The translations under genes were made by a program, and so were the position numbers. The notes below the pieces were generated by a model, which was given only the letters and a program-made list of their open reading frames with translations, did not search any database and was not told where the DNA came from. DNA of 64,000 nt from Betaproteobacteria bacterium (GTDB lineage: Bacteria > Pseudomonadota > Gammaproteobacteria > Burkholderiales > SG8-41): NCBI GenBank assembly GCA_900299145.1, contig OMIN01000152.1, forward strand, positions 14,886 to 78,885, written 5' to 3'. How positions within the stretch are numbered: the stretch's first letter is position 1; each line of letters opens with the position of its first letter. This document shows positions 55,974 through 61,929 of this stretch, one piece after another.

Positions 55974-57065
55974 ATGACCATCCGCTCCATCACCCCCATC
56001 GCCCTCGACCTGCCGTTTGAAGTCGGTGGGCCCAAATCACAATTCGCCGGACGCCCGCGCCAGATGGCCATGCTGCTGGTGCGCGTGGAAACGGAAGACG
56101 GAATCGTCGGCTGGGGTGACGCCTTTGGCTATGCCGTGTGGCCCGCCACGCGCGTGGCGCTGGAAAAGTTGGTGGCGCCGATGGCCGTCGGCCGGAACGA
56201 GGACGACATCACCGGGCTGATGGATGATCTGCAACGCAAGCTGCACATTGTCGGACGCACCGGGCCGGTGGTGTACGCGCTGTCGGGGCTCGACATCGCG
56301 CTGTGGGATATCGCGGGCAAGAAGGCGGGCAAGTCCGTGTCGGCGTTGCTCGGCGGCGCGCGGCGTACCAGCGTGCCCGCTTATGCGAGTCTGGTGCGCT
56401 ATGGCGACGCGGCGCTGGTGGCGAAGAACGCCAAGGCCGCTGTTGCGTGCGGCTTCAAGGCGATCAAGCTGCATGAAATCACCGTCACCGAAGTCAAGGC
56501 CGCGCGCGAGGCCGTCGGCCCGGATATCAAAATCATGATGGACACCAACTGCCCGTGGACGGTGGACGAAGCGCTGGCGGTGGCGCGAGAGGTCAAGCCC
56601 TACGATTTGCTGTGGCTGGAAGAGCCGGTGTTTCCGCCGGAAGATTTCAAGGCGCTGGCGCGCGTGCGGCGCGAGGGCGGCATCGCCGTTTCCGCTGGCG
56701 AAAACGCCATGAGCCCGACGGATTTTCGCGCCATGTTTGAAGCGGGCGCGGTCGATGTCGCGCAGCCCAGCGTCACCAAAATCGGCGGCATCAGCGAAAT
56801 GATGCGCATCTACCGGCTGGCGCTGGAGCACGGCGTGACGCTGGTGCCGCATTCGCCGTACTTCGGCCCCGGTTTGCTCGCCAGCATTCACATGACCGCG
56901 ACCTTCGAGCGCGAGACCATGGTGGAGTATTCGTTTGTTGAACTCGGTGCGAGTCCGATGGGGGGTTCGATTGCGGTCAACGATGGGCGCATTGCGGTTC
57001 CCAGCGGGCTGGGGCTGGGGCGTGACCCGGATGTGGAGATGATATCGCGTTACAAAGTGGATTGA
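55974..57065 (+). CDS. Mandelate racemase/muconate lactonizing enzyme-family (enolase superfamily) protein
   Basis: N-terminal capping domain plus barrel motifs (MMDTNCPW, WLEEP, AGEN). Confidence 0.85.
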   Translation: MTIRSITPIALDLPFEVGGPKSQFAGRPRQMAMLLVRVETEDGIVGWGDAFGYAVWPATRVALEKLVAPMAVGRNEDDITGLMDDLQRKLHIVGRTGPVVYALSGLDIALWDIAGKKAGKSVSALLGGARRTSVPAYASLVRYGDAALVAKNAKAAVACGFKAIKLHEITVTEVKAAREAVGPDIKIMMDTNCPWTVDEALAVAREVKPYDLLWLEEPVFPPEDFKALARVRREGGIAVSAGENAMSPTDFRAMFEAGAVDVAQPSVTKIGGISEMMRIYRLALEHGVTLVPHSPYFGPGLLASIHMTATFERETMVEYSFVELGASPMGGSIAVNDGRIAVPSGLGLGRDPDVEMISRYKVD

Positions 57066-57068
57066 TTT

Positions 57069-57097
57069 TAAGTATTTGTTTTTATTGATATTTTTTT
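57069..57097 (+). repeat. AT-rich element, copy 16
   Basis: TAAGTATTTGTTTTTATTGATATTTTTTT, on the left flank of the kinase islet. Confidence 0.8.
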
Positions 57098-57153
57098 CGT
57101 CAATGATGAGCCGCCTGTGCTGCGTTAGCGTCTGCTGACAAACCATCCTAAAC

Positions 57154-57207
57154 GCCTAACGTGCCGTTTCCGCATCGAGGATCGTTTGCTCGATGCGGGG
57201 GTTAGGC
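57154..57207. other. Nested hairpin between convergent genes
   Basis: GCCTAAC..CCGCATCGAG-gatcgtttg-CTCGATGCGG..GTTAGGC: a 10-bp perfect inner stem plus a 7-bp outer stem, with no U-tract. Confidence 0.5.
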
Positions 57208-57226
57208 CGTTCTCGAGACTGCGTGT

Positions 57227-58135
57227 TCATTCTGGGGTGTTCAGGTCCCGCCAAAATTCCAATGCGGAGGCTGTTCGGTAGTCGACGTGCCGACGCAGTG
57301 CCTTCTCTAAGGCGAAGCTAAATGCGCCACCGACTTCTCTTGCAACCTCCCGGGGCCTGCCTGCGAGAACCTCCTCCCGCGTAAACGTCAAGGGCTTACC
57401 GAGCAGAACTTGCAAGAACAGCAAACCACAGTGGTAGATGTCCATTCGGCGGTCCATCGGGCCAAACTCCGACGGAGCCAACGTTTCCGGGGCACGCATC
57501 CATTCTGCGAGGACAGTGTTCGCGGCATCCATCTCGCTGACCATCTTCGTGATCCCTAAATCACCGAGCATGAAAGTAAACACCATGTCGTCTGGCGCCA
57601 TGTCATCGCGCACCGTGGTGACGAAAACGTTTCCCCCGTGAATGTCTTGGTGCACGTAGTCGTTGCAGTGGAGGAAGTGAACCGCCTGCAAAAGCTGGCG
57701 AGCCATTGCGCGAAGCCAAAAGTGGCCTTTGAAGTTCTCCCGTTGAATAAACTGGTTGATTGGCTGCCAACACCGCTCGAACACGATGTAGAACGTGTGC
57801 CTAAACTCGAAGCCATCGTGCACATAAGTGACGTTCGGGTGGCGGAGTGTGCGCAGCTTCTGCAACTCGTCAACAGCACTGCCTCGGAATTCTTCGTAGG
57901 TACCACGAGGCTTCAGGATTTTCACCGCAAGCTCGTTGTCCCATGTGTCAGTGCACTCGTATACGACTCCGAAGCTGCCCTCTCCGATGACGCGACCAAT
58001 TCGGTAGGTGTTGCCAGTGCTCGTACTGGTGATGAGTTCGCCTTCGGTTGGAGGTGTAAACACAGGTTTAGCTGACGGCTCAGTCGAAGCCATGTCCTGC
58101 ATGCCATTGGGGTTGTTGATCTCAGGACTCGACAT
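57227..58135 (-). CDS. Orphan Hanks-type Ser/Thr protein kinase-like protein (low-GC islet)
   Basis: GEGSFGVVYE (P-loop), AVKILK, catalytic loop HQDIHGGN, DLG and APE. No sensor or TM domains. About 50-55% GC by hand count. Confidence 0.75.
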   Translation of the reverse strand: MSSPEINNPNGMQDMASTEPSAKPVFTPPTEGELITSTSTGNTYRIGRVIGEGSFGVVYECTDTWDNELAVKILKPRGTYEEFRGSAVDELQKLRTLRHPNVTYVHDGFEFRHTFYIVFERCWQPINQFIQRENFKGHFWLRAMARQLLQAVHFLHCNDYVHQDIHGGNVFVTTVRDDMAPDDMVFTFMLGDLGITKMVSEMDAANTVLAEWMRAPETLAPSEFGPMDRRMDIYHCGLLFLQVLLGKPLTFTREEVLAGRPREVAREVGGAFSFALEKALRRHVDYRTASALEFWRDLNTPE

Positions 58136-58228
58136 TGACGAGAATGTGGTTGAGCGGGCTAACTAGTTTAATGCAACAAAACTGCAGGATAAAATCCCCA
58201 ACTGTCGGATAACATTCTCAATATTTTC

Positions 58229-58257
58229 AAAAAATATCATTTAAAAACAAATGCTTA
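58229..58257 (-). repeat. AT-rich element, copy 17
   Basis: AAAAAATATCATTTAAAAACAAATGCTTA, on the right flank of the kinase islet, inverted relative to copy 16. Confidence 0.75.
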
Positions 58258-58370
58258 TTGAAATTCCCATCGTAGAATATTCCGCTAAAATCGGCGTGAT
58301 AAGCAACAGCTTCCGCAAGCGTAGCGCTCATCCAGCGCAGGCGCAATTGTTGCGCGCTAGTGATCTTCCG

Positions 58371-59354
58371 TCACCGATACACCGCCTGTATTAGCGCCCG
58401 CAGATAACCAATCACAAACGCCTGATTCGCCACTTCCGCGCCCGGAAACATCGGCGAGTGATCGAGCGAAAACGGGCCTTTGAAACCCGCGTCGCGATAG
58501 GCCTGCATGGCGCGGAACATGTCGACGTCGCCGTTATCGACGAAGGTTTCCTGAAAGTGCGGGAACTCGCCGCGCACGTTCCTGAAATGCACCATGACGA
58601 TTTTGTTCATGCCGCCCATTTTGCGGATGGCGTCGTAGACATCGACACCTTTCATCTCCGTAACGCAGCCTTGGCAAAACAGCATGCCGTTCGAGGGGGA
58701 GGGCACGAGATCGAAAATGCGCTGATAGTCGTCGAGGCTGGAGACGACATGCGCGGCGCCCGCGAGCGCTGGTGTGCCGAGCGGCACTGGCGGGTCGTCC
58801 GGGTGCAGCGCCATGCGCACGCCTGCTTTTTCGCACGCGGGGATCTGCGCTTTCAGAAAATAATGGAGGTTGTCGCGCACCTGCGCCTCGCTCACCGGTG
58901 GCGTGACGGGCGGCGCGGGTTTTTTCAAATACTCGGCGTAGTCGAATGAAATATACGTCGACGTGCCGCGCCCCTGCGTGGGGGCGGAGCGCAGCAGCTT
59001 GGAGTTGAGCAGCTTGAAGTTGTAGGCGAGGATGGGAATGCCCACGGTGCCCATCGCCTGCACCGCGTTTTGCAGCCACGCGATTTTTTCGTCACGCCCC
59101 GGCAGGCCGCGTTTGACTTCCTCGAAGCCGCTGGTGGCGAGCACGGTGCGCAGCTCCATGCCGTGTGCGGCGACGGTGGCCTTGGCCTTGGAGAAAAATG
59201 CTGTTGCGGCGGCTGGGGTTGAGCAGTCGACGGCGGGATTGGCGCCCGGTCGATCTGGCAGTTCGAGGGCCACGCAATCTACGCCGAGTGTTTGCAGGAA
59301 GGCCAGATTTTTTTCGAGGTTATTGTCCCAGGCCAGTTTGTCTTGGATGAGCAT
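58371..59354 (-). CDS. Mannonate dehydratase (UxuA)-family protein
   Basis: HPDDPP motif, FRNVRG...F.E.F.DNGDVDM, and DH near the C-terminus. Confidence 0.7.
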   Translation of the reverse strand: MLIQDKLAWDNNLEKNLAFLQTLGVDCVALELPDRPGANPAVDCSTPAAATAFFSKAKATVAAHGMELRTVLATSGFEEVKRGLPGRDEKIAWLQNAVQAMGTVGIPILAYNFKLLNSKLLRSAPTQGRGTSTYISFDYAEYLKKPAPPVTPPVSEAQVRDNLHYFLKAQIPACEKAGVRMALHPDDPPVPLGTPALAGAAHVVSSLDDYQRIFDLVPSPSNGMLFCQGCVTEMKGVDVYDAIRKMGGMNKIVMVHFRNVRGEFPHFQETFVDNGDVDMFRAMQAYRDAGFKGPFSLDHSPMFPGAEVANQAFVIGYLRALIQAVYR

Positions 59355-59423
59355 TGTTTGGGTCTTTCTATTTCAGCGGCACTCGTTAGAACCAATGCTT
59401 GTAGGGTAACGGCAACACCAACA

Positions 59424-59533
59424 CTGTCATTCCCGCGAAAGCGAGTATCCCCTTCCCTCAGGGAAGGTAGGATGGGTGGTTTTTTTCAAATGGCACGTGT
59501 GTTATGGGTTCCCGCTTTCGCGGGAACGACAAG
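59424..59533. repeat. REPIN-type element
   Basis: CTGTCATTCCCGCGAAAGCGAGTATCC ... TTATGGGTTCCCGCTTTCGCGGGAACGACAAG. Confidence 0.8.
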
Positions 59534-59565
59534 GTAAGTATTACGCATTGGGTAACGGTTGGTGA

Positions 59566-60594
59566 TCATTCACCCTTCACCCCCGCCACCGTCACCACTT
59601 TCTTCCACTTCACCACATCGTCGCGTATGTAAGCGGTGGTCGCTTCGGGCGTCATCGGCGAGGCTTCCGTACTTTGATTGCCCAGCGCGGTGATGGTGTC
59701 AGGCGCGCGCGCGGCCTGGTTGATTACGGTATTCAGCGTGCTGATCACTGCACGCGGCGTGCCGGTGGGTACGGCAAATGCGGTGAACGCCACCGACTCG
59801 AATCCGGGTACTCCCGATTCAGCAATCGTGGGGATTTCCGCCAGCGCCGCGCTGCGCTTCAAACTGCTGATGCCCAGTGCGCGGATGCGGCCCGACTTGA
59901 CGTGCGGCGTGAGCGCGGGCGCCGAGCCGAACATGGTTTCCACTTGCCCCGCGATCAAATCCGGCACGGCAAACGCGGTGCCCTTGTAGGGCACGTGCAG
60001 CATGCGAACCCCCGTCTGCATCAGGAAAAGCTCCATCGTCAGGTGCAGCCCGCCGCCGATGCCGGTGGAAGCGTAAATCATCTTGCCGCCGCGCGACTTG
60101 GCCAGCGCGATGAGTTCCTGCACGGATTTGGCGGGCACCGCCTGATTAACCGCGAGCACGTAGGCATTGATGCCCAACATCGCCACCGCCTGAAAATCAC
60201 GCGCAATGTCGAATGGCAGATTCTTGTAGAGCGGCTGGCTTGCAACGATGGACGTATTCAGCAGCAGCATGGTGTAGCCGTCGGGGGTGGCGCGCGCCAC
60301 GATTTCAGCCGCTATATTGCCCGACGCCCCCGCGCGGTTGTCGACGACAAACTGCTTACCCAACGCTTCGGTGAGGCGTGGCGCGTAAATGCGGCCAATG
60401 ACGTCAGCGCTGGAGCCGGGCGGATAGGGCGAGATGACTCGCACCGGGCGGGTGGGGTAGGGCTGGGCGGCCAGGAGTGTTGGCGACATGGCCAACAGCA
60501 GCGCAAGGCTTAAGCGGCTTGACTGGCGAAGCTTGGCAGCCTCGTTGTTGAATATCCGGCGCGATGCCGGCGGGCTATTGCGTCTTGCGCGCAC
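59566..60594 (-). CDS. Bug/TctC-family substrate-binding protein
   Basis: YPTRPVRVISPYPPGSSAD, NRAGASG and VPYKG. The start is uncertain: GTG 60594 or TTG 60612. Either overlaps the end of the upstream MFS gene. Confidence 0.8.
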   Translation of the reverse strand: MRARRNSPPASRRIFNNEAAKLRQSSRLSLALLLAMSPTLLAAQPYPTRPVRVISPYPPGSSADVIGRIYAPRLTEALGKQFVVDNRAGASGNIAAEIVARATPDGYTMLLLNTSIVASQPLYKNLPFDIARDFQAVAMLGINAYVLAVNQAVPAKSVQELIALAKSRGGKMIYASTGIGGGLHLTMELFLMQTGVRMLHVPYKGTAFAVPDLIAGQVETMFGSAPALTPHVKSGRIRALGISSLKRSAALAEIPTIAESGVPGFESVAFTAFAVPTGTPRAVISTLNTVINQAARAPDTITALGNQSTEASPMTPEATTAYIRDDVVKWKKVVTVAGVKGE

Positions 60595-61819
60595 GGTCGC
60601 CGCCCGGCACAAAAATTACCAGTAAATTGCCGACGATAATGGTCGCCGCCATGACGTAAAACGTCGCAAAAATGCCCCGGGCGTCTGCGATCATGCCGAA
60701 CATCGCCGGCGCCATGCTGCTGCCGATGGCGGTGACGGAAAACTGCACCGCCACCCCGGTGCCCGCGAGATGCCTTGGCGTGCATTCGACGGCCCACGCC
60801 TGCAGCACCGAGCGCATGGCGTAGAGGAACGAACCCACCAGCCCCACGAACACCACGAACCATACGCTGTTGCCGGCGACGATCATGCCGATAATGGTGA
60901 CCCCAGTAAGCACCATGCTCGACATCACCACACGGCGGCGGCCCCATTTGTCGGACAAATGCCCGGCGACCGGGCTGGCGGCGAACCCCGCAATTTGCAG
61001 CACCGCCATGCACACGCCCACCAGAAACGGGTTGTAGCCGAGTTCATAGGCCAGGTACAGCGGCAGGAAGGTGAGGATGCCCGATTGCGTCACCGAGCGC
61101 ACCATGGCGCTGACCGAGACCAGCATCAGCGCCTTGTTGCGCAGCAGCGATACCACGTCTGCGATGTACTGGCGCGCACTCCACGGCTGCGCGGCCTTGG
61201 CATTAATGTCGTCGGCGTGACTGTCCTTGGCGGCGCTCAGCGCCCCAAGCAGGATCAGGATCATTGTCGCCATCGCAACCCCGGGCACTACGTTCATGAC
61301 CACCACCGTGCGCCAGCTGTACCAAGTGAGCAGCGCGCCGATCACCAGTGGCGCCAGCGCCTCGCCAAGATTGCCGAACATACCGTGCACCGACAGCACG
61401 AAGCCCTTGCGATCCGGATAGCGGTAGGCAAGCATGGGAATCGCTGCCGGATGCCAGATATTGTTGCCAATGCCCACCAGCGCCATGCAAACGAGCAGCA
61501 CCCAATAGCTGTGTGCCATGCTCATCACCGCATACGGCATGCCAATCCAGAATAGCGCCAGCGTCAGCAGATAACCCTTCTTGCCGTAGGCATCGACCAC
61601 CGCGCCGCCCGGCAGATTGGCGATGGCGCCGACCACATGCTGCACAGTGAGGATGAAGCCGATTTGCGTGTAGGTAAGCCCCAGTTCCTTGCCGATCAAC
61701 GGCAGCAGCAGATAAAACGTGGCGGGATACCAGTGCGTGAGGCCATGGCCGACAGAAATCAGGCCGACTTCTTTGACGTATTGCGCGCGGGGAATCGCGG
61801 TTGCGGCGGCGGTATTCAT
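60575..61819 (-). CDS. MFS transporter
   Basis: 414-aa multi-TM ORF containing GGAVVDAYGKKG. Confidence 0.85.
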   Translation of the reverse strand: MNTAAATAIPRAQYVKEVGLISVGHGLTHWYPATFYLLLPLIGKELGLTYTQIGFILTVQHVVGAIANLPGGAVVDAYGKKGYLLTLALFWIGMPYAVMSMAHSYWVLLVCMALVGIGNNIWHPAAIPMLAYRYPDRKGFVLSVHGMFGNLGEALAPLVIGALLTWYSWRTVVVMNVVPGVAMATMILILLGALSAAKDSHADDINAKAAQPWSARQYIADVVSLLRNKALMLVSVSAMVRSVTQSGILTFLPLYLAYELGYNPFLVGVCMAVLQIAGFAASPVAGHLSDKWGRRRVVMSSMVLTGVTIIGMIVAGNSVWFVVFVGLVGSFLYAMRSVLQAWAVECTPRHLAGTGVAVQFSVTAIGSSMAPAMFGMIADARGIFATFYVMAATIIVGNLLVIFVPGGDRARKTQ

Positions 61820-61929
61820 AGTGGGTTTGGATGATACGCGACGTAGGTCATGGCGTCACTCTGCCGCCGCGCCGTTGTGCACCGTCGTATAATTCTGCCC
61901 TTCGCTTTTGATGACTGTGACCCCCCGCC

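Noticed and set aside
12509-58257. Forward-then-reverse element pairs treated as general cassette boundaries (12509-15551, 27169-30610, 47146-49724, 57069-58257).
   Set aside because: Six such adjacent pairs among 18 copies is close to the random expectation of about four. Only the kinase cassette has independent support from GC content, so the general claim is not made.
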